From: Octopus sinensis
Taxonomy: Eukaryota
DNA: 64,000 bases
Assembly: GCF_006345805.1 (NCBI RefSeq)
Contig: NC_042997.1
Location: forward strand, 92,380,001 to 92,444,000
Reading direction: 5' to 3'
Numbering within the stretch: the first letter of the stretch is position 1; each line of letters begins with the position of its first letter. A model generated the notes under the pieces. That model was given only the letters and a program-made list of their open reading frames with translations. It was not told the DNA's origin and searched no databases. This document shows positions 28,101 to 38,500 of the stretch, piece by piece. The position numbers and the translations under genes are program-made.

Positions 28101-31100
28101 TAACAATATGCACTTCTAAATCTTTTTATTCAATTTGTCAACAAGCAGATTTTGTTTTTTTAAATGTCTGACAAATATCTTGCATTTAACTATTTATGGG
28201 ATACATAAAAATTGATTTCTTTTCCTTGCATGAACATTCCTACCATAGCTTATTTCAGCTGTCAGTTATATTCCAGTTGGTATTGGTTAATAATGAGCAT
28301 AACTTCTGTTTTATGAGTTTTTGAAAATCATTTAAGCTTGGGTAACTTATAAAACCATTTGAGCATGTTATTTGAACCATAGAGCTTGTTATGAAGAAAT
28401 ATTGTGAATATTTTCTTTCTATTCTCCAACAGAATATAAGTAAATGATTAGAAATTGGGTGATGGGGCAAACCGTTGATCATGTCAACCCTATTACTTGA
28501 CAGGTACATGACTTCCAAGTCATCTTCTCTTGAGACATGAAGGGTTTTAGAGAGGTGGGAAAATGTTAGTTATGCTATCCTTTCTTATTCACTGTATAAA
28601 TTGAAATAAGCTAACCACAACTAGTAAATGAAATCTGGTCATAGAGTTGATTTACCAGAAACTTATTTACTCTAGAGTAATTGTAAATGTTTACTAAACC
28701 TCAAAAAGCTTCAAAGATTAGTTTAGCTCCAGTTTTATGGTCTTAAAGCAGATAGTGATCGAATATACTTAATAAAGTATTTGTGTTAATCATAACATTT
28801 CCACATAATCTGATAGCTATTTCTGATAGATAGGTAAAAGATAAAGAATTAAGTGTACTCCAAAATCACAAGAAGCCTACAACTTTCAAAATGGCTAATG
28901 AAAGCTATATCCACTTAACTATTTCTCTACAACTATAAGTCTTCTGTGCACATTGTCTCTTTTATGTACCGATTCTGTGTGTCTTTAAACACCATCATTA
29001 CCAAATTTAGCAATGTAAATTAGAAGTTAGGCTTTAGCTGTGTTCCTTGACTCCCACTTGGCAGCTATATTACTTATATTGTTAATGAAATTGAAAAGGA
29101 TACAAATCTTATACCTCTTAGCATTGTTCCTTTATAAAGCTCCAATTTTACTGTTTGGTTTAGAATTGATCCTGGAGAATACATTGTTAAATTCTATTGT
29201 TCTGCATTCCAATTTTACATTTTGCTTTAGCTTTTTTACAAAGTATATTTTCTTTCATATACACATATGATGTTATATTGTGTTATTCAGTGTCCAGTTT
29301 AATATTGGTTTGCTACAGTTTATATTCTTATTAATCTACATTTATAATTCCTTATTTTCTGCTTTCACCATATGGCAATGGCCTTTATATTTCTTCATTG
29401 TATTATATCTTGATATCCTTAGATTTGGTATGTGAAATGTATCTGAAGTTAATCATAAATCATTAGCCTTTTTTTTTTTTTCCTTATTTGTGAAATATTT
29501 AGTTATAAAAATGGAATGCATTCTACAAGAGGTACCTTATTTTCATAACTTTGAACTTTTATCATTGATTAAATAATTTTGTTCACTCTTATCCTGTCAT
29601 CCAGTGAAAGAATGTCAGAATGAATGATTGTGGCAACAGAGAAAACACATTTATATTGAAGCAATGGCAAACAACAATCATTTATTTATCTTTACATCTG
29701 TTTTTAAATGAACCCAGTAATTATAATGTTCATTGAACTTTATGGATTTTTTTAGGGCAGGAACAATGTCCAAGATCTTTTCAGGCCTTCTTTGACACTG
29801 ACCAGATTCTATAAAAATAATTGTCTATTGTGTTTTATGAATTTATCACATTCCATTTGAATAGTTACACAAATGATCCACAATGGATAATACAGTAAAA
29901 AGCATTAAAGAGAAAAATAGTGCTCTGTCTGTACTAGAGATTTTTTATTCAATTTTGCTCTATTCTTTTCTTAGCCATCAATGCCTACTGTGGCTAATTT
30001 CACTGATCTTGCTGAATTGGTCAGCAAGATAGAAGATCATGCTGTTAACTATAGTTCTGAGAGTGAAGGTAAGTATATTATCTTTTATTTATATATAGTT
30101 TTACATGCATTTTTTTTTTATTTTGAGAATAAATCTGGTGATAGGTTGTACAAATTTTGAATATATTATAGTTACTGGTAACTGGGTAAGCTATTGCAAA
30201 CTCAGCAATATGTTAAACTTTGGACTATTAGTCTAGTCATTGGCTGTACTGAAAACTTTTAACTTCTTTAACCTCATGACCTTGTTGTTAGTCCAATGTT
30301 TTATATTCAGGAACAAATATGAAAAACATTCCTGAACACTCAGTATTTTCCTTTTGTACTTTGATTTCGATGTTTTCTTTTGACAATGGCAACCAACTTA
30401 GCTGTAACTCCAGTTTGGTTTTCTGTGATTATTTTGTGGAAACTGTTACAGTATGTAAAGCAACTATATTCTTAAGATAAATGTATTATTAAGGTAGAAG
30501 GGGTAGACTCAGGAAGACATGGACCTAGGTGGTGAAATATGATCTTCAATTGTTGTGCCTCACAAAAGCAATGACATGTGACCGAGACTTCTGGTGATTT
30601 GCTGTACCTGAGAAAATCTGTCAAGCTAAGTGAATTGTGGTCATTGCCATTGACATGTGCTGGTGACATGTAAAATACCCAGTACACTCTTTAAAGTGGC
30701 TGGTGTTAGGAAGAGTAGCTAGCTGTAGAAACCAAGCCAAACAGATGACTGGAGCTTGGTGCAGCTCTCCAGCTTACCAGTCCTAGTCACACTGTCTAAC
30801 CCATGCCAGCATGGAAAACAGATGTTAAATGATCACACACACACACACACAGCCTTCTCTCAGTTTACATCTACCAAATCCATTCACAAAACTTTAGGCA
30901 TCCTCAGTTTTAAATAGAAGTCACTCAAGGTGCCACACAGTGAAACTGAACCTGAAATCACTGGTTGTGGAGTGAACTTCTCAATACAGCCATGCCTGCT
31001 CTCAAATAATGTAGGAGTGGCTGTGTGGTAAGTAGCTTGCTTATGAACCACATGGATCTGGGTTCAGTCCCACTGCGTGGCACCTTGGGCAAGTGTCTTC

Positions 31101-32561
31101 TACTGTAGCGTCAGGCCGACCAAAGCCTTGTGAGTGGATTTGGTAGAAATCAGTGCCTGAAAAACCACTGAAATGTGGCTGTTATATTGCTACTGGACAT
31201 CTTCCACTGAAGAGACTGAGCAGTTTGAAATCACATGATCTGGCAGTTCTGCTCGTAGCAGATGATTCTTGTTTGACAGTGATATAAATATAAATGCTTT
31301 TATATACCATTCACTTGTATGAGAGATCCACTCATGGTAAATAATGCAGAATTTTGTGTTCTAATATAACATCAACGTTAAGTTGGACATAAAGATTGCC
31401 TTTTGGCATTTGTACTACTTCTGTTGCTATCAATTATTTTTTAATAAGTCTACTGGATCTATGTGACATTGGTGCCTGAAACAACACTGAAATTTCAGAT
31501 ACCATTGATAGCGAGATTTAGCTGTTATGTTGCTACTGGATGTCTACCACTGAGGAGACTAGGTAGGTTGAAATCATGTGCTCTGTCAGTTCTTATACCC
31601 ATAGCAGACGATTCTTGCCTGCCAACAATATGCTTGCTTTTATGCACCATACATCCATATGAGAGGTCCTCTCAAAATAATATAGTATTCAGTGTTCTAG
31701 CAAAATATCTGTTAAATTTGGACATATGTATAATGTATGTATATGTCGTAGTAATAATTTGTTAAATTGTTTAATTTTTCCTACAATAGAGGAAGTAATT
31801 CATGAAGAAGAGTTTGATGATAGGCACAATTCTCCTGGCTCAACCTCATCAGAAGCTGAACCTTTACCTGAAGAAGAATTAGTGACAAAACCAAATGTAA
31901 GTTGACTTTGTTTTCCCTATTGAAAAATTACATAATTTTTTTTTAATGATTTTAGCTCTGTTATAACTTTATAATGTAGATATCTCAGAGATATTTGAGT
32001 AGTCAGCAGATTTAGACATTGAAATTGGAAAATAAATAAATAGATAAAAAAAATAAAGAAGAAAAAAGAGAGAGAAATTATATAAGCTTAATTAGAATCT
32101 GTAATGATATGGATTGAATTTCCTGAGCTTAGTGATTGAGATGACTGCCTGTCAAATTATATTGACATTGCTTTAAATGTAAAATAGAGGATTCAGAAAA
32201 AAGAAACATCATTTTCAACAGCATCTTCTAGTGGAATTAGAATTGTCAAATAGTAAATACAGACAGCTTACAAAGTGAAATAAGTTAGTTAGCTGTGAGG
32301 TCTGATTTCATGCAAGACTCTCCATCAGAACAATAAGAAATTATTAGTAAAATTAAATAATATGGAGCATTTATGGTTATTTTCCTTTATTCATGTTTAA
32401 AATATGTTCATTTTGATTGCAAAAGTTACGGTAACATTGTCAGTGTGTTGCATGTATTTGATTTGTTTTAATAATCATCAATTTGTGGTACTCTTATTTT
32501 CTCTCCCCAGAATCCAGTAAGGCAAAGAACTTCACATACAAAGAAAAAGTCTTCCACTTAA
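1077..32561 (+). CDS. PNPLA6/7: Spliced gene, 3' portion: neuropathy target esterase / swiss cheese (patatin-like phospholipase, PNPLA6/7 family); 21 coding exons, 2523 nt including stop, 5'-incomplete
   Basis: The joined exons give an uninterrupted 840-aa frame that tracks remembered human PNPLA6/7 motif by motif ([95 protein letters not shown]). All acceptors are AG, all donors are GT except one GC, and phases match at every junction. Confidence 0.97.
1848..1922 (+). CDS. PNPLA6/7: PNPLA exon 2 ([25 protein letters not shown])
   Basis: ttttag|GAT ... GAG|gttagt; 75 nt, phase 0/0. Confidence 0.92.
2311..3600 (-). mobile_element. 5'-truncated, degenerate RTE-clade LINE: ORF end, 3' UTR with internal tandem repeats, (GAT)n tail
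   Basis: Minus-strand fragments [62 protein letters not shown]. The UTR carries several related gactggctcccgtgctggtggcatgtaaaaagcac units and ends in gatgatg. Confidence 0.85.
3983..4116 (+). CDS. PNPLA6/7: PNPLA exon 3 ([44 protein letters not shown])
   Basis: tttcag|ACA ... TC|gtatgt; 134 nt, phase 0/2. Confidence 0.95.
4498..4712 (+). mobile_element. RTE 3'-UTR tail copy (family A); further copies at about 1-130(-), 4725-4900(-), 8815-8992(+), 9385-9870(-), 10505-10712(+), 13870-13968(+), 23285-23475(+), 26620-26945(+), 30465-30832(+), 61675-61755(-)
   Basis: Shared core ttaggaagggcatccagctgtagaaac...ccaacccatgccagcatggaa...ttaaa(tgat)n, matching the tail of the 2311-3600 LINE. Confidence 0.85.
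5200..5331 (+). CDS. PNPLA6/7: PNPLA exon 4 ([43 protein letters not shown])
   Basis: tttcag|A ... AG|gtaaaa; 132 nt, phase 2/2. Confidence 0.96.
5498..6345 (-). mobile_element. Young 5'-truncated RTE-type LINE with an uninterrupted RT C-terminal ORF (5508-6362 in the ORF track)
   Basis: [35 protein letters not shown] and WRNMV motifs with no stops; stop TGA is the start of a (TGA)n tail; flanked on both sides by (CA)n. Confidence 0.92.
6924..7097 (+). CDS. PNPLA6/7: PNPLA exon 5 ([20 protein letters not shown]...[27 protein letters not shown]), cNMP-binding repeat
   Basis: cattag|G ... AG|gtaaat; 174 nt, phase 2/2. Confidence 0.96.
7491..7618 (+). CDS. PNPLA6/7: PNPLA exon 6 ([42 protein letters not shown])
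   Basis: ttttag|A ... G|gtaatg; 128 nt, phase 2/1. Confidence 0.95.
8292..8417 (+). CDS. PNPLA6/7: PNPLA exon 7 ([41 protein letters not shown])
   Basis: ttacag|CC ... G|gtaaat; 126 nt, phase 1/1. Confidence 0.95.
10025..10088 (+). CDS. PNPLA6/7: PNPLA exon 8 ([21 protein letters not shown])
   Basis: ttgtag|GT ... AG|gtaatt; 64 nt, phase 1/2. Confidence 0.93.
11994..12165 (+). CDS. PNPLA6/7: PNPLA exon 9 ([25 protein letters not shown]...[21 protein letters not shown])
   Basis: tttcag|T ... GAA|gtatgc; 172 nt, phase 2/0. Confidence 0.96.
12829..13045 (-). mobile_element. Mariner 3'-end fragment
   Basis: TA-flanked end TTGGGCCATCCCATAAGTAA; minus translation [30 protein letters not shown] resembles a mariner transposase C-terminus. 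Confidence 0.6.
13048..13103. repeat. (TA)n microsatellite
   Basis: Direct reading; it ends about 67 nt upstream of exon 10. Confidence 0.95.
13171..13353 (+). CDS. PNPLA6/7: PNPLA exon 10 ([20 protein letters not shown]...[29 protein letters not shown])
   Basis: cttcag|GTT ... ACA|gtaagt; 183 nt, phase 0/0. Confidence 0.96.
14980..15098 (+). CDS. PNPLA6/7: PNPLA exon 11 ([39 protein letters not shown]), patatin oxyanion loop
   Basis: tttcag|TTA ... CG|gtaaga; 119 nt, phase 0/2. Confidence 0.97.
17363..17519 (+). CDS. PNPLA6/7: PNPLA exon 12 ([36 protein letters not shown]...AREWSN), catalytic Ser motif GTSIG
   Basis: gtttag|T ... AAT|gtaagt; 157 nt, phase 2/0. Confidence 0.97.
18490..19320 (+). 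mobile_element. Old, decayed RTE-like LINE RT fragment
   Basis: [18 protein letters not shown] (RT GVxQGD motif), followed by degenerate RT and thumb sequence with many stops and frameshifts. Confidence 0.7.
19739..19802 (+). CDS. PNPLA6/7: PNPLA exon 13 ([21 protein letters not shown])
   Basis: taacag|GAA ... G|gtaaga; 64 nt, phase 0/1. Confidence 0.96.
20359..20481 (+). CDS. PNPLA6/7: PNPLA exon 14 ([40 protein letters not shown])
   Basis: ttgtag|GA ... G|gtaagg; 123 nt, phase 1/1. Confidence 0.97.
21543..21659 (+). CDS. PNPLA6/7: PNPLA exon 15 ([38 protein letters not shown]), catalytic Asp motif DGG
   Basis: ttatag|GT ... G|gtacgt; 117 nt, phase 1/1. Confidence 0.97.
22695..22843 (+). 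CDS. PNPLA6/7: PNPLA exon 16 ([19 protein letters not shown]...[18 protein letters not shown])
   Basis: ttccag|CT ... AAG|gtatga; 149 nt, phase 1/0. Confidence 0.97.
24214..24366 (+). CDS. PNPLA6/7: PNPLA exon 17 ([21 protein letters not shown]...FGSFDEIY), ends at a GC donor
   Basis: ttccag|GTA ... TAT|gcaagt; 153 nt, phase 0/0; joins EVGY to match the conserved FDxIYxVGY. Confidence 0.94.
25528..25650 (+). CDS. PNPLA6/7: PNPLA exon 18 ([41 protein letters not shown])
   Basis: ttgtag|GAA ... TTT|gtaaga; 123 nt, phase 0/0. Confidence 0.93.
27871..27960 (+). other. Candidate alternative (poison/truncating) cassette exon of the PNPLA gene, [29 protein letters not shown]
   Basis: Acceptor atttttgtactctttagcag, donor CTA|gtaagg, 90 nt, phase 0/0 between phase-0 exons; single in-frame TAA at 27901-27903. 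Confidence 0.5.
29975..30068 (+). CDS. PNPLA6/7: PNPLA exon 19 ([31 protein letters not shown])
   Basis: tcttag|CCA ... G|gtaagt; 94 nt, phase 0/1; conserved FTDLAE motif. Confidence 0.93.
31013..31147 (+). mobile_element. tRNA-head SINE family B; other copies at about 270-380(+), 13550-13860(+), 21810-21960(+), 30853-30997(-), 33385-33660(+), 34910-35090(-), 50930-51140(-), 51975-52280(+), 56991-57414(-, full length), 57560-57760(-)
   Basis: Head ggctgtgtggtaagtagcttgc...gggttcagtcccactgcgtggcaccttgggcaagtgtcttc with A/B-box-like motifs, repeated many times. Confidence 0.85.
31790..31896 (+). CDS. PNPLA6/7: PNPLA exon 20 (acidic tail [36 protein letters not shown])
   Basis: caatag|AG ... 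AAT|gtaagt; 107 nt, phase 1/0; acidic Ser/Pro-rich tail like the vertebrate NTE C-terminus. Confidence 0.85.
32511..32561 (+). CDS. PNPLA6/7: PNPLA terminal coding exon ([16 protein letters not shown])
   Basis: Strong acceptor ttttctctccccag|AAT; phase 0; TAA at 32559-32561; VRQR echoes the LRQR of vertebrate NTE tails. Confidence 0.85.
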   Translation, partial: NPVRQRTSHTKKKSST

Positions 32562-35500
32562 CATGCTACCCAATTTCCAATGAAGTGATCAGAAAAAAAA
32601 AGCAAATACAAAAAAACAAAACAAAACAAAACAAACAAACAAAAACAGCCTGATGTTTGAGCAGATGAATGCTGTTTATTTTCTATTGTAAATTGATTTC
32701 ACCAATATGTCGACATTGTCCTATCTGGAGCAGAATTAATGGTGCAGATTATGGCTTGGAATTCTCAGAAAGTGTACTCAAACTTTGAAATTTACGGAGA
32801 AATGATGGGTGCTTCTTTTCTATATCTGGTGGAATAATCTTCACAAATTTTGAGAGATAAGTGTATTTTGACAATAAAAACTGCAGATATACATTTTTTT
32901 TTCTTTCAAAGATTCATTTGAGAGATGATTGGAGTGGATGAGTCAGAAAGAAGTTTATAACTGAACTGTAGTTAACCATGGTTATAGTCAATACAAAAGG
33001 AAAATTGAATGAAATTAGATATATTTACAAACCTGCACAACTTCAAAAATTGAAATATAAAAAGAGAAAAAGCTTGGAATCATAATATGTGGAAGGACAA
33101 TGTGTGTTCCAGAAAGTTCAGAGTTTAGACATTTAGATTTGTTGTACTTGTCAACTGTGGGTGTTATGATCCTCCTCTCCTTCCTCTGTCAATATAAGCA
33201 GTTTCCTTTTGAGTAGAAGACTGTTGTTTGTTTGAAGCATCACAAAATGTACAGAAAATCAGTATGTTATAGGTGATAGCAATGTATACAGAACATTAAA
33301 TATAGACAATGCCAATTTAGAACCATTACCTGAGAAATATGTAATTAGTATTGATATTTCTAGTTAAAAAAATCTATGTCTAAGGCTTTCAAGAACCAGA
33401 GCCTTGTGAGTGGATTTGTTAGACAGAAACTGAAAGAAGTCTAGTGTGTGTGTATGTAGTCTGTGTTTGTCCCCCACCACTACTTGACAACCAGTGTTGT
33501 TGTGTTTATGTCCCTGTAACTTAACAGTTTAGCAAAAGAGACTGATTGATAAGTACCAAACTTTAAAAAAAAGTTCTGAAGTCAATTCGATTGACTGAAA
33601 ATTCTTCAAGGCTGTGCCCCAGCATGACTGCAGTCTAATAATTGAAACAAGTAAAAGAAAAGATATAAATTACTTGTCCATTTGTTGGCATTTTCAATGC
33701 TTGTATATGATATCCTCATTATCACATATTTAAAGATATTGAAATTTAGGGTTGTGCTTTGTGTTTCATGGTCTAAGTATCAGTGTGGGGTGACACATGC
33801 ATGGAGAAATTGGGTTAAATATTATGAATTATGATATTCATATAATTTATTGGCACCCGTTCATTTCAAGCCAATTGTTAAATCTACCCACAGCTCTAAA
33901 TTTCTCTCAGGACTAATGAAATATTTATGAGGTAGTATTTCAGTATCCTTATTAGGGTTGTTTTTGATATTTAATGTTCTATCTGTATTTCTATTGTCTA
34001 CTACAGCACACTGATTTTCTTTAGACTACTTTGATACATGCATTTGTGCGTGAGAGAGAGAAATTCATAGTCATCAAGTTAGATAACCCTTTGCTATGTT
34101 GTTCTTATATATTTTAACCTTCTTTGATCCTTTGCTAATAACCTCAATGTAATTTTTCATCCTTTTCTGAATAATCTTCAATATTTGTTTCATATATGCA
34201 GATATCAATGTAATTGCTGTATCCATGCACTTCTGCTGGTGTGAGGATTAAGGAAAATGTGGAATGTCTCTGTCCTCCTAAATTTTAATTTCTTATTTTT
34301 TAACACAGCCTATGTATATATTTTTTACAGCTGTCTTCATTTCCTTGTCGAATACATTTGGTTATCCTCATAAGCTTAAATTTAATTCACTAAAAAATTC
34401 TAGTGTTCTTTGAGTGACCAAAATGAAATAATTACTCTGAAGAATTTGCACTTCTTACAGTAAAAATTTATTTCTTATAGTTCCAATCTTACAAGTTTTT
34501 GCACGATTTCTTTGTTTCAGGAAAAAATATTTTCGTCTAGTGTTTGATTGTGACACACGGTGTGATATCACAAGTTATTGTTGATGTGACAAAACCTGAT
34601 GTTATTGTTTTCTGTTGCTCACCACTTGGGTGAGTTTGACAATTAACTGTGTTTCTTTGTTCAATTGTTTGTTCATTTTATGTCCATTTTTCCATGCTTG
34701 CTTGGATTGGATGAATGTGTTTTGAAGTATTGTTTTTACAGCTGGATTTCTTTTCCACCACTAACTCTTATCTGCTTTTTAAGTAAGGAATCTCTTATTT
34801 AACATAGTTTTGAAGGCACAAAGTGCCCTATGATTTGTTAGTAGAGGAAACTGACAACCACATCGCTCATTGTACCATATAGGTGATCACAGATTATAAA
34901 GTAAAACATACACACACACACACGTGTTTCATTGATGGTCATCTTTCAGTTTCTGTTTATTAAATCGACTCACAAGACTTTGGTCATCCTGGGGCTATTG
35001 TGGAAAACACTTGCCGAAGGTACTGCTCATTGAGACTGAACCTAGAAACATGTGGTTGGGAAGTAAACTTCTCTATCATACAGCTATTCCTATAAATCTA
35101 TTTTAATGTTATTGAATATCACTATCCTCAGAGTGGCACAGAGATAAGTAATTAAATATTTAACCACTTTGCAATTTAAATATCTCGTGCTTTTGTTTTA
35201 GATACAAAATATGTGGCTGTTGGTCTGCTGAAATTTGTTTTTTGATCTATCTAATATTCCTTTATAAATGACAACATTCCATTTTTGTGTTCTGTCCTTA
35301 AATGTAGCATAAACATGTGGCTGTTAATAGTTGTTGAAGCTTTAGTTATATTTAATAGGTCAAGTCATGTAGAAATTTCCTTGCCAGCTCAATTTTTCCC
35401 TCAATGCAGAAGAGGCTGGTATTTTATATAAACATTTAGTGTTTGAGTTGTTCAGCCCCAGGTCAACCCTAAATGAACCCTAAACGTTATGCGTTTCCTT

Positions 35501-38500
35501 TAAGGGAAATACAAGGACTGCTTTATCCAATTTGCCCTTCCATTTTTAAAGACAGTAGGTGTTGAGGTGTGTGAGGGGGCAGGGGTGGGTCAGAAGTGAC
35601 TACTATTTCTAACAAATCAAGTGACTACATCAATACTACCTCATCAGCTCATATCTGTTAAGTAGTTGGAGTGATGCTCTTTATTAACACACAGTTTGAA
35701 AGTATATTAAAACATTTCCCTTTTTCAAATATTTCATATCTTGTTGAACTAAGGATGTTTCTATCATATAAGATTGCCAAAGTTTGATTCCCAGTGTTAC
35801 CTATCCTTTGATTTCATAGTTATTCTTGCTCGTTTCTTTGGTTTGCAAATTATCCTTTTCCCAGAAGGCAAATTTCTGTTGCGTTGGTTAAAAAAAAGAA
35901 AAAAAGTATTATTTCTTTTTACTGTATTTCCTTCTAGCTGTCACTCAGTCGAGTCAATTAGATTGAAATTGGTAGAGTTACGTCCCTTGCCCTGAGATGC
36001 AGCATTGACTTCGGTAATATTTCAGCTCCTTAAAATCAAAAATGTATAAATTTGTTACTACTATAATATTTTTGAATAACTTCTGCTATAATATTCGTGA
36101 TAGTGTTTGTCATTTAGTAACTTGTAGAGTGTAAATACCATTTTTTGTTTGTTTTTCACATTTAATAAATTTTAGCTTTCAGAAATGTTTTCACAAGAAG
36201 CTGGAGAATATATTTTTGGTACATATTTCAAAATTTTAAATGAGTTTTGAATGATTGGTTTTGGAAATAAGTAATTCTTAATTATATTTCCATATTTATT
36301 TGTTAAATATATTAATGATTATGTTATTCTATGTGTCTCATTTAAACCTTATTGTTAAGATTGGCAAACCACTTTTGTGAGAACATTCTTATATTTTGTG
36401 CCTTTTTGAAGAGGCTAATAAGAATCTTTTCTGCATCAGCCTTCTCTAGATCCTATCCCTGCTTCATGATCAGGATCCATCTTTTTATCGATCCCTCCCA
36501 TACACATACATTGGGAAATATATATATGTAAAGGATAGTATGATATTTTACTTTGATGGCTCCACTAAACTACTAAATGATATAAGTAAGAGGGATATCA
36601 TTTAGTAGTACATGTTAAAATTAGAAAAATTTATGGCTGTGTAGTTTAGAAGTTTGCCTTGCAATAATGTAATACCACAATGTCATACCTTGGGCATGTA
36701 TTCTACTAATGTTTTAGGTTGGCTGAAGCATTGAGTGACATTTAAAAGAGTAGAACTGTGCAGTTTGTTAGATGTGTCCGTGTTTAGCATGGAATTGTTA
36801 ATTTGTGCCAAACAAAATTACTTTGGGGTCTTTGATTCCATCTTGGTTACTTCCTTTTATTCTCAGATTGACTTTGCCATTCTACCTATGTGGTTTTTTA
36901 AATAAGTATCATACAAAGTACTGGGTTGATACAATAAACTAAAACCCTTGAAGGCAATACCTTGCATAACTGCAACTGAATAATTGAAATCAGTAACAGA
37001 ATATCTCTGATACTGATGTAATATTACATTCTGAGGTGCAATGCCATCGCAGTTTTTTCTTGCAGTAGGAATACAGACTCTAAGATTTTATCAAGATTAT
37101 CTTAATTCCATTTATTTGTAGTGTGATCTTTACATTTCTTTCAAAGTCTACCCTACAAATTTATTGGAATATCAAAAGGCAGTGTTCTTTTAATGAAAAC
37201 AAAGATGGTGTCATTTGTCCTGGTTTTGTGTGAATATATCTATGTATATGCACACTAACAGAAAAAAATTCCTTCTAATCTAATTTGGTTGTGTTCTGGT
37301 GTGATGTGATTCTGGACATAAATGTAACAAATCACATTTTTGGTGATATTTTACTTGTATCGGGAGTCTGTCGTCTTTTATTGCAGAATAAATTTCACTT
37401 AATGGTAATGTTCTTCTTTGTGATATTCAACCAAGAATTTTGGCTATTATTTTTGGAATAATATGCAGTAAGATGAGGTTGAATGTGTTTGGTATTCTGT
37501 TTCCATTTTACATGGATGGGTGATTTTGCTTTATTAAAGGAAATATTTTTACATAATACCTTTTGCACTCTACCATGAAGATGGAATTGAACCTGTTGTC
37601 AGTCAGAAAACTAATGCAGGGTTATTTGCATTTCATGGGTTGCAATACATTAGATGTAGTAAGGTTTGAACTCATGACCATGTAATCAATAGTGCTATTC
37701 CTGTCTTTTGTTTACATGTATTATTTTGAAGAAACTGTTTGAATTGGGAATCGTTATGCGTTTCCTCAAGGTACTAGATGGCTGGATTGTTGGAGTATCA
37801 GACAGAATAATTTGTAGTCTGTCTTAGCTCTTTACATTTTGAATTTAAATCCTGTTGAAGTCAACTTTGCCTTTCTTCCTCTTGTAGTTGATAAAATAAA
37901 GAACCAGTCAATGATAATGACTAACACCTCGCCCTCAAATTTCAGGCCTTGTGTTGTGTCTATGCTAGAAACAGTAATATATTTCCTAGTTATAATTACA
38001 AGATTAAATTAACCAATCTTATTACATTTGCCATAATGCTTATGCCATTGCTTCACTCTTAAGATCAGAGACAACATTTTTGCATTGGGAATGCACTTTC
38101 TCCTCATAGCACACCAATTTGTTTTTTCCAATGCTATTTTTCTTTTCTTTTTTTATTTAATATTTGAGCCTTCTTGCTTCTCTCCTGGGAAAGAGAACTA
38201 TTGGATGTCTTCATGGTTCATTTAATTCTTATTTAAAGAAACCTTACTGTTTTATGTTTCTAGGTTTCATAATTATAATCTCATCATTTTTATTAAGGTG
38301 TCAATAAAACTGAGATAAATGGTATAGTTATAATGGATAAAACATGATTAGTATGTTTTAATGTTATTAGCTTCTTAATCTTTGCATTTTAATTCGTCTT
38401 CATCCTGCAGTCATGTGTTATCTAATAACTATGTCTGAGTCTCCTGATAATAGATAAAGCATGATTGCTTTATGTAAAATAGCATTCTTTACAGATTTCT

